DNA of 64,000 nt from a virus: positions 14,926-78,925 of the IMG/VR virus record IMGVR_UViG_3300044832_000053. One strand, given 5' to 3'. Under the pieces are notes generated by a model. That model was not told the origin of the DNA, did no database searches, and saw only the letters and a program-made list of their open reading frames with translations. The first letter of the stretch is position 1, and each line of letters begins with the position of its first letter. Made by a program: the position numbers and the translations under genes. Shown in pieces: positions 42,886 to 53,582 of the stretch.

Positions 42886-43175
42886 GATCGTTCTCCTCGT
42901 CTTTGATCTTGATCTTGAAGGGGGTTGTCCCGGATCAGCGTCCAGTGGTAGGCCCCGGTGCCTGACATTACCCTGCGCGACACCCTGCCCTCGGCCAGCA
43001 GCGTCTTAAGGACACGGCGCACTCCAGGCAGCATGCCCGCAGTGTCCGGCTTCCCGGGGTGGTGGGGCTCCCGCCGGGCCAGTGCCTCCGCGATGCCCTT
43101 GGCGTCCTGGCCCCTGCTGGCCGGGTTGTAATTGGCCAGCTCAGCCAGGACCCTCTGGTACAAGTCGTCGCTCAT
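42882..43175 (-). CDS. Winged-helix-like DNA-binding protein
   Basis: AKGIAEAL...VRRVLKTLLAEGRVSR..YHW. Confidence 0.5.
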   Translation of the reverse strand: MSDDLYQRVLAELANYNPASRGQDAKGIAEALARREPHHPGKPDTAGMLPGVRRVLKTLLAEGRVSRRVMSGTGAYHWTLIRDNPLQDQDQRRGERS

Positions 43176-43585
43176 GATCCGCTCATCCTGGCCAGCTCGC
43201 ACTGGCCGGTGTTGTCAGCGTGGCTGGCCCGCCAGTGGGTGATCGTCTTGTCGGTCATCCCGCCTGGCCGCCCCAGCATCGTGACCGTCTCGAACTGCCA
43301 CAGCCCCTTCTCCACGGCCATGGCCGCCAGAATCTCGGATACGTCCTGGGACAGGCGGCACTCGCGCTGGATGTCGCGGGCCAGCACCGTGCTGCCCGCC
43401 GAGGACCAGGTCTGGACAGCGACCCGCCGCCGCGCCCTGCGGGCCTCGCCGTCGGCGCGGCTCTGGCACTGCCTGGTCCCATCGGCGTGGCTCCACCTGC
43501 CAGCCGGGTCAGCCGTGTCTGGCTTCACGGGATCGCCGCAGTCACCGCATCGGGTGACGGGCTCGTACTCGTACTCCCCGGTCAT
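43172..43585 (-). CDS. Hypothetical Zn-finger protein
   Basis: CGDC..WSH..C; ATGA overlaps. Confidence 0.5.
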   Translation of the reverse strand: MTGEYEYEPVTRCGDCGDPVKPDTADPAGRWSHADGTRQCQSRADGEARRARRRVAVQTWSSAGSTVLARDIQRECRLSQDVSEILAAMAVEKGLWQFETVTMLGRPGGMTDKTITHWRASHADNTGQCELARMSGS

Positions 43586-44034
43586 GCCCAGTCACCTGCC
43601 CTCGGGGGCTCCCAGTCCAGGGCCAGGTCGCCGGTCCGCAGCTCGTCCACCAGCTCATACAGGGGCCAGAACGCTTCCATGCCCCCGGTGGTGGTCACCC
43701 AGAGGAAGGCGTCCCGGACGTCGTCCCGCTCGGTCAGGAAGTAGGCGTTCTGGGCGTCCTTGACCAGGGCCCGGACGGTGCCGGTGACGATGCCAGCGGC
43801 GGTCATCCGGCCGACCTTGGCCTTGCGCTCGGCCGCGCCGAGGATGTCCCCGATCCGGCCCGCCTCGCTGATGCCGAGGGTCCGGCGGCCAGCCTGGCGC
43901 AGGTCCAGCGCGGGCCATGCCTCGCCGCGCACCGCGATGGTGGGCGACAGGCCCATCTCGCGGCCGTGCTCGGCCAGCTCGCCCTCCATGTTCTCGGCGT
44001 CCAGGTCGGCCATCTCGAACTGGTAGCTCCTCAT
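43582..44034 (-). CDS. Hypothetical protein
   Basis: ATGA overlaps. Confidence 0.55.
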   Translation of the reverse strand: MRSYQFEMADLDAENMEGELAEHGREMGLSPTIAVRGEAWPALDLRQAGRRTLGISEAGRIGDILGAAERKAKVGRMTAAGIVTGTVRALVKDAQNAYFLTERDDVRDAFLWVTTTGGMEAFWPLYELVDELRTGDLALDWEPPRAGDWA

Positions 44035-44624
44035 CGGGTGCCCCCGTAGTTCATGATCGCCTCGGCCGTCTCGTCGTAGCTCAGGCCGGGCTTGTAGATG
44101 TCCAGCCCCGCCAGTGCCTCGCCCAGGTCGCTCAGCGAGAGAGTGAGACGCCGCAGGGTCCCGGCCTCCTCATACACGGTGCCCCGGGCATCCTGGATGT
44201 TCTGGTAGATCCGCTCCTCATCGGCAGCGGTCATGGGCCCGTAATTGCCCTGGGCGTCCGGGATGAACAGGGGCTCAGGCCCAGGAGCGGGCCGCAGTGC
44301 CTTCCTGCCGGGGTTGTCGCGCTCGTACGCGGCCTCGGTCTCAGTCAGCGCCTCACGCGCCCGCTCCGCCACGTTGTCATCGGCCTCGGTGCGGAACAGC
44401 CACCAGCCCTTCTGGCCCTCATGCGTGTGGCGGGCGAAGGTACTGAACCGCCCATCCAGGGCAGGCACGCACTCAGCGTGCATCTGGCCGGGCCCGCTGG
44501 TGCACGCCGGGTCGCTGACCCCGGACGGGTACTGCTGCTCGTAGCCCTGCTCAGCGCGGGCGTCCCTCTCTTCATCGGTCTCCGGCCGGATCTCCCGGCA
44601 CGGGCAACCCAGGTTGTCAGGCAT
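44031..44624 (-). CDS. Hypothetical protein
   Basis: First gene after putative promoter at about 44.67 kb. Confidence 0.55.
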   Translation of the reverse strand: MPDNLGCPCREIRPETDEERDARAEQGYEQQYPSGVSDPACTSGPGQMHAECVPALDGRFSTFARHTHEGQKGWWLFRTEADDNVAERAREALTETEAAYERDNPGRKALRPAPGPEPLFIPDAQGNYGPMTAADEERIYQNIQDARGTVYEEAGTLRRLTLSLSDLGEALAGLDIYKPGLSYDETAEAIMNYGGTR

Positions 44625-44666
44625 GTCTTCCTTCTTTGATCTTGGATCGTGGCTGAACTTGCACCT

Positions 44667-44692
44667 AGCATAACACCTCTGTTGACATCCTT
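44667..44692 (-). promoter_or_regulatory. Putative promoter with operator-like box (AAGGATGTCAACA ... TATGCT)
   Basis: AT-richer intergenic gap with repeated box and a TAnnnT -10 hexamer. Confidence 0.5.
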
Positions 44693-44703
44693 ATTCCCGC
44701 AGG

Positions 44704-45297
44704 TCAGCGCCGGTTCTGGAGCTTGATCAGGTCCAGGGCCTCGCCGTTCTCCAGCTCATACTGGGCCAGGAAGGCGTCGATGTCGCGGTCATGCTGGGCG
44801 TCATGCAGTGCATGGTGCTCGGCCGCCGGGTCCTGGTCCGGGACCGCCGGGCTGCCCAGCCGGTCGTTTTCCTGCTTGAGGTCCCGGGTCCACATCGGGA
44901 TGCCCTCGGGCCGGTCGATCATGGACCCCCAGAGCTGCATCAGGGCCACGTGATCGTAGGCGGCGTACCAGGCATTGAGCTGCGGCTCGCCAGCCGCAAG
45001 GATGAAGTCCCGGACCTCGTCCGCGATCTGCGGCTGGGGACGCACGGCGGCGAACTCGGGGTGCTCGGTGTCCCAGGCCCAGCCGCCATACCTGCTCTCA
45101 TCGAAGACCACCGGCAGGTGCGGCAGCACGTTGGCGGCCAGCCACTTACGCCGGACTACCTGGTCCATGGTCATCCGGTCATCAGTGACCGCGTAATAGG
45201 CCAGGCCGTCCTCTCGGACCAGCCCGATGGAGACCAGCTCGATGGTGACCCCGTTCTCCACGAACTCGGTGTCGTAATAGATCCTGGTCATGATCAT
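44704..45297 (-). CDS. DEDD 3'-5' exoribonuclease (RNase AS / Rv2179c-like)
   Basis: YYDTEF..IELVSIGLV, AWYAAYDHVAL, HHALHDA. Confidence 0.85.
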   Translation of the reverse strand: MIMTRIYYDTEFVENGVTIELVSIGLVREDGLAYYAVTDDRMTMDQVVRRKWLAANVLPHLPVVFDESRYGGWAWDTEHPEFAAVRPQPQIADEVRDFILAAGEPQLNAWYAAYDHVALMQLWGSMIDRPEGIPMWTRDLKQENDRLGSPAVPDQDPAAEHHALHDAQHDRDIDAFLAQYELENGEALDLIKLQNRR

Positions 45298-45602
45298 TCC
45301 TTCCGTGCACCGGGCGGGGTCTCCTCCCCGCGCAGCCAGAACAGCTCAGGGTCGTGCTCGATCCGCCGCAGCAGCCCCGGGTCGATGCCCATCAGGGCCC
45401 CAGGGCGCGCGGCCTCCAGCAGCTCGCGGGCGATGCCGCGCGCCTGGTCCACCCAGCTCGGGATGACCTTGATGGTGCTGGTGAAGCCCATCTGGTGGCA
45501 GACATGCTGGCACGGCACGTCGCAGTATTTACAGCTCCGGCGGCAATCACCGCACTGTGCGTGGAAGCAGGCGGTGGAGACGTACTCGTGCCCGGCGGCC
45601 AT
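45294..45602 (-). CDS. Cys/His-rich small protein
   Basis: STACFHAQCGDCRRSCKYCDVPCQHVCH. Confidence 0.55.
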   Translation of the reverse strand: MAAGHEYVSTACFHAQCGDCRRSCKYCDVPCQHVCHQMGFTSTIKVIPSWVDQARGIARELLEAARPGALMGIDPGLLRRIEHDPELFWLRGEETPPGARKE

Positions 45603-46039
45603 CAGGCAGGCTTGTTCTCGCCCTTGCGGCGCTCGGCGTCGTCGGCCAGCACTGCGCTGGCCGCCGCCTCCCAGGCGTCCCGGATGTCCCCGGGAACCAG
45701 GCCCCAGTCCGGCAGCTCCGCACCGCTGACCAGGCTCCTGCCGTCCGACTTGGCCAGGTACGCCTCGTAGGCGACCTGGCCGGGTGACTTGTCCATTGCT
45801 GGCATCCTTTCGGCCGGGGTGATGTTCTTCCCGCTCAGCCCCGTTCCGCCGGGAGCGTGCCGGTGCCCGTACCAGTCCTCCCGCAGGCGGCTGGCGATCT
45901 CGAACGACTCCAGCGCCCTGACCATGTGCTCGGCCAGGATGAAGTCGGGGGTGTCGGACTCGTTCTCCGCACTCTGCTCGTTCAGCGCTGACTCGATGGC
46001 GCTGATCAGCCTGTCCCGGGCCAGGGGTGACCGGGTCAC
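45602..46039 (-). CDS. Hypothetical two-domain phage protein
   Basis: SAENESDTPDFILA domain plus PGQVAYEAY..W..AWEAAA domain. Confidence 0.55.
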   Translation of the reverse strand: MTRSPLARDRLISAIESALNEQSAENESDTPDFILAEHMVRALESFEIASRLREDWYGHRHAPGGTGLSGKNITPAERMPAMDKSPGQVAYEAYLAKSDGRSLVSGAELPDWGLVPGDIRDAWEAAASAVLADDAERRKGENKPA

Positions 46040-46416
46040 GGCTGGTCATCCCAGCGCTTGAGGGCATCCATCATCCCCAGCTCCGGGACGACGGTGTTCC
46101 CGTACTTCCCGGTGGTGGCGTGCGCGGCGACCCGGATGTAGCACCACATGACCAGCTTGCGCGGAAGATGCCAGACGATCTTCATCAGGATCTTCTCCCG
46201 CTCCCGGGAGAGCAGGTAGCGGCGGTCCCGCCAGGCGTAGACGATGTTCACGACGTGCCTACCTGGATGGGTCCCTGGCCAAGCTGGTCCACTTCCCAGC
46301 CGGGCATCGACACCGGGCACTGCTGGCCCCCGGCGGCTGACTCCGTGCACTGCCACAGGTCCCGGTCCTCGAAGTAAGACATCTTGGTCTTGTGCACGCC
46401 GCAGACCACCTCGACG

Positions 46417-46830
46417 TCAACGTGGGCCACGGCGCGGCCCATCCAGGAGAACCGCTCCCGAGGGGGCCTGGGGCATCTGGGCGGCCGTGGCCGGGAGCAG
46501 CCCGGAGGTCAGGGACAGGCCCATCATGTGGCTCCAGCACAGCGGCACCGGCAGCGGCATCATCCCGTTGCCGCCAAGGCCGGGCGGGCCCAGCGGAGGG
46601 TAGACCCCGACGCCCACCGCGATCTCGATAGGGATGGGGCAGGCCCCGGCAGCCTTGTTCAGGTCCACCACCACCTGGTCACCGTCCCCGGCCAGCGCCA
46701 GCCGCTTCTGGGTCTCGTCGTTCAGGGCCTGGGTAGTTGAGCCCTTGAAGACCGCCGCGCACACCGCGCAGAACTGCGCCCCGGGTGGCGGCTTAGGCCC
46801 TTTGAAGATCAGCGCTGCTGGCACGGGCAC
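46417..46830 (-). CDS. Hypothetical protein
   Basis: SD AAGGAG; CAVC..CWSH. Confidence 0.5.
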   Translation of the reverse strand: MPVPAALIFKGPKPPPGAQFCAVCAAVFKGSTTQALNDETQKRLALAGDGDQVVVDLNKAAGACPIPIEIAVGVGVYPPLGPPGLGGNGMMPLPVPLCWSHMMGLSLTSGLLPATAAQMPQAPSGAVLLDGPRRGPR

Positions 46831-47086
46831 TCTCCTTGATCTTGGCTTTGTACCGGAAGACCGTCCGCTGGCTCACGCCGAGCAGCTCCGCCTGCTCGGC
46901 GGTGCTGAGAACCGCGACGGCGGGCCGGTTCAGCTCAGCCAGCCTGGATATCCTAGCGGCCTGCGAGCTGTCCATGCGGGCCGTGATAGCCCCGCAGCGC
47001 ATCAGTTTCTGGTAACAGCCGTGGCACCACCGGCTGCGCCGGAGGACCGCGCCCCGGCACCCGCATCTCTCACAGGTGCCGGTCAT
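46793..47086 (-). CDS. Zn-finger + HTH DNA-binding protein
   Basis: CERC..CHGCY, then STAEQAELLGVSQRTVFRY. Confidence 0.65.
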   Translation of the reverse strand: MTGTCERCGCRGAVLRRSRWCHGCYQKLMRCGAITARMDSSQAARISRLAELNRPAVAVLSTAEQAELLGVSQRTVFRYKAKIKESARASSADLQRA

Positions 47087-47144
47087 GGCTGCGGGCCTTT
47101 GCATAGCGGTCCAGCACGCCCCGCACGGCCGCCCTGGACGCAGG

Positions 47145-47963
47145 TCATCCTTCCTCCCCGTCGCAGACCACCCAGGGCAGCCGGTTGCCGGGGGAGGGCC
47201 GCTTGTGCGGGTACAGCTCGCCGTCATCGTTGATGCCGACCTCCTGGGCGCAGCTCGGGCAGCGGTTGACAGTGAACGAGCTGGTCGTGCCGGACCCCCC
47301 GCCGCCGCCCCCGCCAGGAAGCTCGTTGTGCTCGGGCAGCCCGATGTAGCGGGTCGTGTTTGCCTGCTGGCCCCGGTACCACCAGCCGTCCCGCTGATGC
47401 CACCAGAGGCCGTCCTCAAAACCCAGCACCCATTTCATGCCAAGGCCGTTGGTAATGAGCTGGCCAGGCGGCGGGTTCATGAACGCCCCGGGTGGCCTGC
47501 GCCTAATCTCCGTCTCCAGCCTGTCCAGGGTAGCGAGCCGGGCCATCTCCGCCCCCTCGGCTGCCTTGCGCTGGCAGGTGCCGCAGGGCTGGCGCTGGCT
47601 GGGCATCGGCGGCCTGCACCCGATCACCACCGGCTCGAAATCCGCCGGAAGCTGGTCGCCACAGCGCCAGCACAGCCAGGCCAGCGGCTCATCCCCGGGC
47701 AGCTCGTGCAGCCTGGAGACCGGCACCGCGTAGGCGTGGTTGCAGGCCGGGTGGGTGACCACCGGAAGCGGGGCCTGCGTGATCTGCGTGACCTGCTTAG
47801 CAGGCAGCCGGTGATGGCGCGGCCGGGGTCCCGCCAGCAGCAGGGCGGCAGCGAGCAGCGGGATCATCAGGAGGGGCATCAGGTGCGAGACCACCGGAAT
47901 ACCCACTGACAGGATCAGGACGGCCAGGACCATCCGCAGGTTCCCCGCTGTCGGCCTGGTCAC
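47145..47963 (-). CDS. Hypothetical membrane-anchored Cys-rich protein
   Basis: Two N-terminal hydrophobic segments, several CxxC. Confidence 0.4.
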   Translation of the reverse strand: MTRPTAGNLRMVLAVLILSVGIPVVSHLMPLLMIPLLAAALLLAGPRPRHHRLPAKQVTQITQAPLPVVTHPACNHAYAVPVSRLHELPGDEPLAWLCWRCGDQLPADFEPVVIGCRPPMPSQRQPCGTCQRKAAEGAEMARLATLDRLETEIRRRPPGAFMNPPPGQLITNGLGMKWVLGFEDGLWWHQRDGWWYRGQQANTTRYIGLPEHNELPGGGGGGGSGTTSSFTVNRCPSCAQEVGINDDGELYPHKRPSPGNRLPWVVCDGEEG

Positions 47964-48301
47964 GGGAGCAGCTCTATCCGGTCAGCCTGGATCGCCTTCG
48001 GCTTGCCCGCGTCCAGCACGGTCCGCTTCTCGGCGTCCTCGCGCTCCCAGCGCTGGAAGACCCAGCCCAGGCACTCCCCATAGCTGTGCCCGTCCCTGAT
48101 CAGCACGTTGATCATCCGGCCAGTCAGGTTCCACCCGGCCTCGTAGTTCTCCACCTCGGCCCGGAACTGGGCCCGGGACAGGCTCCGGGTCGCGTACAGC
48201 CGGTAATCGCCGCCCGCACTGCCCGGGGGCCGCCTGACGAACACCAGGATGGCCTCGGGGCTGAACTTGCCCGCGTCGGCCAGGCTCACCACCTCAGTCA
48301 T
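47960..48301 (-). CDS. Hypothetical protein
   Basis: SD GGAGGAG; overlap with next gene. Confidence 0.5.
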   Translation of the reverse strand: MTEVVSLADAGKFSPEAILVFVRRPPGSAGGDYRLYATRSLSRAQFRAEVENYEAGWNLTGRMINVLIRDGHSYGECLGWVFQRWEREDAEKRTVLDAGKPKAIQADRIELLP

Positions 48302-48454
48302 CGATCTCCTCCCAGAGCCTGGTGCGGACCCGCCGCCGGGCCCGGGACGGCAGCGGCTCCTCGTTCTCAAACGGCGGGGGCCGGAACACCACCTCGAACT
48401 CAGGAGGCTTCCGGGGTTCCTCCTGCGGGCCGCTGGGCTCAGAAGGCACCCGGG

Positions 48455-50266
48455 TCATGACGTCTCCAGCACCGTGACGATCAGCAGGAACACGCCCCAC
48501 AAGGCCACGGCGGCAGCCAGCGTGCCGCCGCAGACCAGCGCGATGATCACCGGGACCTTCCACCATGGCTCCTGGTCCGGCGTGGCCATCAGAACGGGTC
48601 GCCGGAGTGATTGGCGCAGTGCGGCCAGAACGCGGCCCACGCCGCCGGGCTCCGGCCCCCGCCAGCCGCCATGACCTCGCGGTACGCGGTATGCGAGCTG
48701 GACGGGCCTCCGAACAGCCAGCCCCTGGCAGCGCCGGGGATGAGCCAGTAGGCGTGGATCATCTGGGATGGGCTCAGCCCGAGCGCGGCCCCGGCCCGCG
48801 CGATGCGGGCCGCGCCGTGGGAGTTGCGTGCCTGCCAGCGGTTCTGGGTCCGGCGGCGCGGTTTTGCGATCCTGGTCGTGGCAGTCACAGGAAATTCCCT
48901 TCTTTATCGGCCAGGTAAACCGAGTGGATGGGGCACCCGTCATGCGGGTTGGGGATCTCCTGCCCGCGCGCCCACCAGGAGCGGCAGCAGCACAGCACGG
49001 CCTCGAACCGGCGGACCTGCTGGCGGTCCTCCATCATCAGCTCGTACCGGCGCTCCTCGAACGCCGCGAACTGGGCCTGGATCTCCCGCATCTGGTCCTC
49101 GCCGGGATAGCCACCCGGCGGGAAGGGCATGCTCACTCCGGCACCTGGGACGGGTCAACGAACATGGCCCCCATCGGGGCAGGGGTGATCGGGCCTGGCC
49201 CCCCGGCCTGCCTCCGGGCCTCGGCAGCCAGCTCGTCCATGGTCACGCCCGCGATCTTCGCCAGCGCCACCAGCCCGGTCACGTCGTACTGATTGGTCAC
49301 CATCGCTACCTCGCGGTTGTCCGAGTGCTGGTGCATCAGGATCGAGGCGATGTGCATCAGCAGGCCCAGGGCAGCCAGGCCGGTGAGCGACAGGACAGCC
49401 AGCAGCACGGTGATGGCAAGGATCATGAGGCGTCTCCGGTGATAGGTATCTCCCTGATCAGGACGGCCGGGGTGGTGGTCCCGGCTTTCATGCAGAACTC
49501 GCAGCTCACCATGCCCGACCTGATCACGGACCGGACCCGGTCCAGGTGCCCCGCACAGACATCCACCGGGCCCACGTGCTCGCCCTTGCACCCCACCCAG
49601 AGCTGGGCGGCGCGATCCTCCGGGCAGCGGCTGGACCCGGGCGGGAACGGTGCTCCCGGCGGGTTGTAGCTGTTGCCCCGGCCGCCGTCGCGGATGTCAC
49701 ACCGGGTGTCGGACCCGGGCATCGGCCCGGCGTGCTTCCAGGAGCCAGAGACAGTCCGGGACTCGGTCATGGCCTCCCGCGAGCCCGCCCACTCAGCGGG
49801 CTCAGCCAGCGGGTCCGGGCGCTCGGCCATTCCCGTCCACCTCCTCCCAGACTCCGGCGGTCAGTTTCTCGATTCGCACTTTCCGCACGAACTCAGCATC
49901 GGTTACTGCCCAGCCATGCAGCGTCCGGTACTGGTCCGAGGCGGAGCGCCAGTTCAGGTCCATCCGGCTCTCGGGCTTCCAGTAGCTGTCCGGGATCTTG
50001 CTGTTGGGCGTGGCCTGGTCGCCATCGGTGTCCAGGAACCTGTCAATCTGGGAAGGCCGGACCATCTCCCAGCTCACCCGGTAGACGGTGTCCTCCGGCG
50101 GGGGCCCGCCCCAGTTCCCGGCCAGTGCGTAGCAGTCGCCGTTCCCGCAGATGATCCGCCCGTCCGGGACCAGGATGAACTCGCTGCCGTCGCACTCCTG
50201 GCAGGCCAGTGCCTCAGTGAGACCCTGGCTGGGTCTGGGCTCGCGCTGCGCCAGCCAGCCGGTCAT
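48455..50266 (-). other. Run of about six small overlapping hypothetical genes (48455-48589, 48589-48888, 48885-49136, 49133-49426, 49423-49770, 49802-50266)
   Basis: Mostly 1-4 nt stop/start overlaps; several have TM or CxxC motifs. Confidence 0.5.
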
Positions 50267-50399
50267 GATCCGTGCCCCAGGCAGCAGGCCAGGCAGAGCA
50301 GGCAGACCGGGCACAGCTCGTAGTCGGTGCACAGGTGGCGCTCGCCGTCCGGGTCCAGCCCGGTGTTGACCAGCGCCTGCCGCATCGCCTCGGCCAGCG

Positions 50400-50975
50400 T
50401 CACGACGGGATCTCCGATGCCAGCATGCACTCGCCCCGGGCGTTGCGGATCACCAGCCGGTCCCCGGCGTAGCCGACGACCTCCATCATCTGCGGCGGCT
50501 CGCCCACCATGAACCTGTCCCAGGAGTGCTGCTCCGGCTTCGCGGTCACGGCCGGGCTGTCCGCGCCCTTGCGGGCCAGCCGTCCCGGACCGCCGGGCGT
50601 GTAGGTGTAGATGTGCTCGCCGTAGCTGCCCCCCTTGGCGCTCCGGGTGACGTCGTCGCGCTCGTCGGAGAACCGGCGCAGCACCTTCTGCACCCCGTTG
50701 GTGGTCAGCCCGGTGGCGGTGGCCAGCTCCTTGGAGGTGAACCCCCGGCGGGGATGGGACTGGAGGAAGTCCGCGACGATCAGCATGGACGTGTGCTTCC
50801 CGCCCGCCGTGCCCCGCAGCCCGTACTTGCGGGCCCGCTCGGTCAGCGGCCCGTCGCTGACCGATCGGGCATTCAGCCCTGCGCCTGCATCTGCCAGCGC
50901 ACGCCCGGCCGGGCTGTCCGGGTGCACCAGGGCATGCTCCGGGAGTGGCCCGTAGCCCTCCACGGGGGCGGTCAC
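50400..50975 (-). CDS. HTH DNA-binding protein
   Basis: FTSKELATATGLTTNGVQKVLRR. Confidence 0.65.
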   Translation of the reverse strand: MTAPVEGYGPLPEHALVHPDSPAGRALADAGAGLNARSVSDGPLTERARKYGLRGTAGGKHTSMLIVADFLQSHPRRGFTSKELATATGLTTNGVQKVLRRFSDERDDVTRSAKGGSYGEHIYTYTPGGPGRLARKGADSPAVTAKPEQHSWDRFMVGEPPQMMEVVGYAGDRLVIRNARGECMLASEIPS

Positions 50976-51364
50976 CGTGACCTCGCCCCGGCCAGCTTCA
51001 TGAACAGGTCGGCCTTCTCCCGCCCGGTCAGCATCCCGCCTTCCTCCATCAGGTAGCCCTTGCGGTGCTTGTAGCGGTTCTGCTCCCGGAAGCCGTGCCG
51101 GTCGCGGGGCTTGGTGATCTCCGCCCCGCAGGAGACGCAGGTGAACACCGTCTGCCAGCCCCCGCCCGGCGCGGCGTAGATCTCGTAGCTGTCCGGGTCG
51201 ATGGAGTGGTTGCCCATCAGCACCCGGCAGATGATGTCCGAGTTGCTCATGTTCGCGAGCTGCCGCGACCGGGGCACCGGCTTCGGCCTGGCCTTGCGGC
51301 CCTGGCCCTGGCCCCTGATGACGGTGAGTGGCGGCGCTTGGCGCGCGGCTGATCCCTTAGGCAC
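50972..51364 (-). CDS. Basic Zn-ribbon protein
   Basis: C..H..CVSC; GTG after AAGGGAG, downstream of TAGGCT and the repeated box. Confidence 0.55.
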   Translation of the reverse strand: MPKGSAARQAPPLTVIRGQGQGRKARPKPVPRSRQLANMSNSDIICRVLMGNHSIDPDSYEIYAAPGGGWQTVFTCVSCGAEITKPRDRHGFREQNRYKHRKGYLMEEGGMLTGREKADLFMKLAGARSR

Positions 51365-52167
51365 TGCGTGCTCCCTTGATCGTGATCTGTTTACATCCTT
51401 GCTAGGCATCCAGCCTATGACAAGTTCCGCGATCTGTACGCCATTTCATCGGTGAGCAGCATGAGGCCGCAGGACGGGCAGCACCAGGCGAACCGGCACT
51501 GCTCCCAGACGGCCGGGAGTCCGCAGTGCTCCGGGATGGTGACGTACCAGCGCTTCATGCGCTCTCCTGCCGCTCCCGGGCGGCCCGTGCTGCCTGTTTC
51601 CGGCGGCGGGTATCCGCCTTCCGCTCCTCCCGCCACTCCCGGTTGGTCCAGTACCTCCGCATCAGCAGGGCCGCCTGGCTCTCCCGCCTGATCCCCGCGC
51701 TCAGGGCCCGCTCGTGGCGGAACACCTCACCCGGTGTCATGTCCCGGTCGGGGAAGCGTGACGGCGGCAGGTAGATGACCTCGGGGGTCACGTCCGGGGC
51801 CGTTTCCACCGCAGCTTCATGAAGCCCCGGGACTGCACCTGGCTGGCCTGCTTCTCCGTCTTGTCCTGCTGGCGACCGATGTCCCTGATCTGCTCGAAGA
51901 GGTCGGTCATCGGCCTGCCGGAGCTGCGCCATACCTCCGGCTCGGGCTGCTTCGCCGGGGTGAGGGCTGGTCCCCGGGCCCGCTGGCCGGAGCGGGTCGC
52001 GATGTTGCGGGACAGCTTCTTGCGGCAGCGCCGCCGCTGCGGCCCGGTCGCGGCTGTGAGCGAGGTGACGCCATAGTGTGCCAGCCGGGTGGCGTTGGCC
52101 ATCGGCTGGACCGGCTCCAGCTTCACGTTCTGCTCGGGATGCAGCGCGCAGGGTCTCCCGCCGAGGC

Positions 52168-52443
52168 TCACGGGCCATCCTGGTGTGCTTCGGTGTACCC
52201 CTTGCTAGCCGGGACCTGCACCTGGTCAGGGTGCTCGTCCTGCCAGGCGTCGATCTCGTCGTGCCGGGTGCTGACCAGGTCCAGGTGAGCCTGCGGCGAT
52301 CCTGCCTGCTGGCACAGGTTCCAGTAGAGGCCGATCAGCTTCGGCAGCAGAAGGTCACGGCCCCGGAACACCATCACCGGCTCGTCATCGGGGATGTGCC
52401 CGTGCTCCAGCGTCACCTGGCCGTACTTCTTGTCCTGGGCCAT
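52168..52443 (-). CDS. Conserved-looking small phage protein
   Basis: IPDDEPVMVFRGRDLL..Y pattern. Confidence 0.55.
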   Translation of the reverse strand: MAQDKKYGQVTLEHGHIPDDEPVMVFRGRDLLLPKLIGLYWNLCQQAGSPQAHLDLVSTRHDEIDAWQDEHPDQVQVPASKGYTEAHQDGP

Positions 52444-52639
52444 CAGCGCCCCTGCCTCTCCAGCTCGATGATCTTGTCGATGATCCGCTCGTTCGACCAG
52501 CCCGGCATGCACTCGTGGATCACCCTGCCGGACAGGGTGTCCTGGGAAGCCAGCCCGGCCAGCCTCGCCATCAGGTCCATCCTGCCCATCCGCCCCAGCT
52601 CGTGCACCCGGCTCCGTGGCCGCATCCCGCCCGTGATGC

Positions 52640-53428
52640 TCATGCTGCCCCGGCCTTCTTCACGGCGTACGCCGATCCGTCGAGCTGGACCAGCGACAGC
52701 CAGTGCGCCCCCGCTGGCGCTGGCAGCTCGCCGTTGACGCAGATCAGCACCCCGCCGGGCCGCAGCGCGACCCGCACCCGGTTCTCCAGCGCCTGGGTGG
52801 CCTCCGCCCCGGCAAGGGGATGGTTGAGGTAGATGATCCCGTACAGCGCCAGGCGGGATGCTGCCATGTGCCGGATGTCCCCGGGCCGGACGTCCGCGCC
52901 GATCCGCTCCGCCTCGGCCAGGTACGCCGGGACCAGCTCGATGCCGTGCGCGTCCAGCCCGGCCTCCTTCGCGGCCAGCACCTTGGTGCCGATCCCCGCG
53001 CCCAGGTCCAGGAACGGCCCGCTGCCGTGCGCCATGGCCGTCTCCAGCAGCAGCCGGAACCGGCCCATCGGGTAGGGGATGAACCGGATGCAGTCCAGCG
53101 GGACGTCTTCCACAGGGCGGCCCGCCCATTCCATCTCCAGCGCGTGCAGGCCGGTCATCCGGAACTCCTTCGCGGCCTGGTACTCCCGCTCGTAAGCGCG
53201 GCCGGTGTAGGCGCTGACTCCGACCGCATCGGCTGCTGCGGGCCCGGTCTTGCCCGCGTCCCGCAGGTCGGTGTAGAAGGCCAGCCGCTCCTGCTTGTCC
53301 TCCCGGGCCGGGTTGGCGGCATGGTTCTCGTACAGCTCCATCCGGCGGTCATGGATGTCCAGCTCCTCGCGCTGGCTGGCCGATACCCGCTTCGGGTCAC
53401 GCCAGACATAGCCCTCGCCCAGGCTCAT
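52640..53428 (-). CDS. HTH + class I SAM-dependent methyltransferase
   Basis: AADAVGVSAYTGRAY (HTH); FLDLGAGIG, GIE, GD, IIYLNHP, LRPGG. Confidence 0.75.
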   Translation of the reverse strand: MSLGEGYVWRDPKRVSASQREELDIHDRRMELYENHAANPAREDKQERLAFYTDLRDAGKTGPAAADAVGVSAYTGRAYEREYQAAKEFRMTGLHALEMEWAGRPVEDVPLDCIRFIPYPMGRFRLLLETAMAHGSGPFLDLGAGIGTKVLAAKEAGLDAHGIELVPAYLAEAERIGADVRPGDIRHMAASRLALYGIIYLNHPLAGAEATQALENRVRVALRPGGVLICVNGELPAPAGAHWLSLVQLDGSAYAVKKAGAA

Positions 53429-53582
53429 AGCTGGCCCCTCTTCCGCAGGGCCGCCCGGCACCGCAGGCAGTCTGCCCGGGCCGGGTCACCAGTGAGCCGG
53501 GGCCTGTCACCGAAGATGGTCCTCCCGCACAGCGTGGCCAGGCCGTTGCCCTGGCTGTAGTGCAGCCGACCGCTGGGCGCGC

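Noticed and set aside
41375-44692. TTGACA in the repeated box as plus-strand -35 promoters
   Set aside because: There are no plus-strand genes downstream and no well-spaced -10; an operator role fits better, though antisense promoters are not excluded
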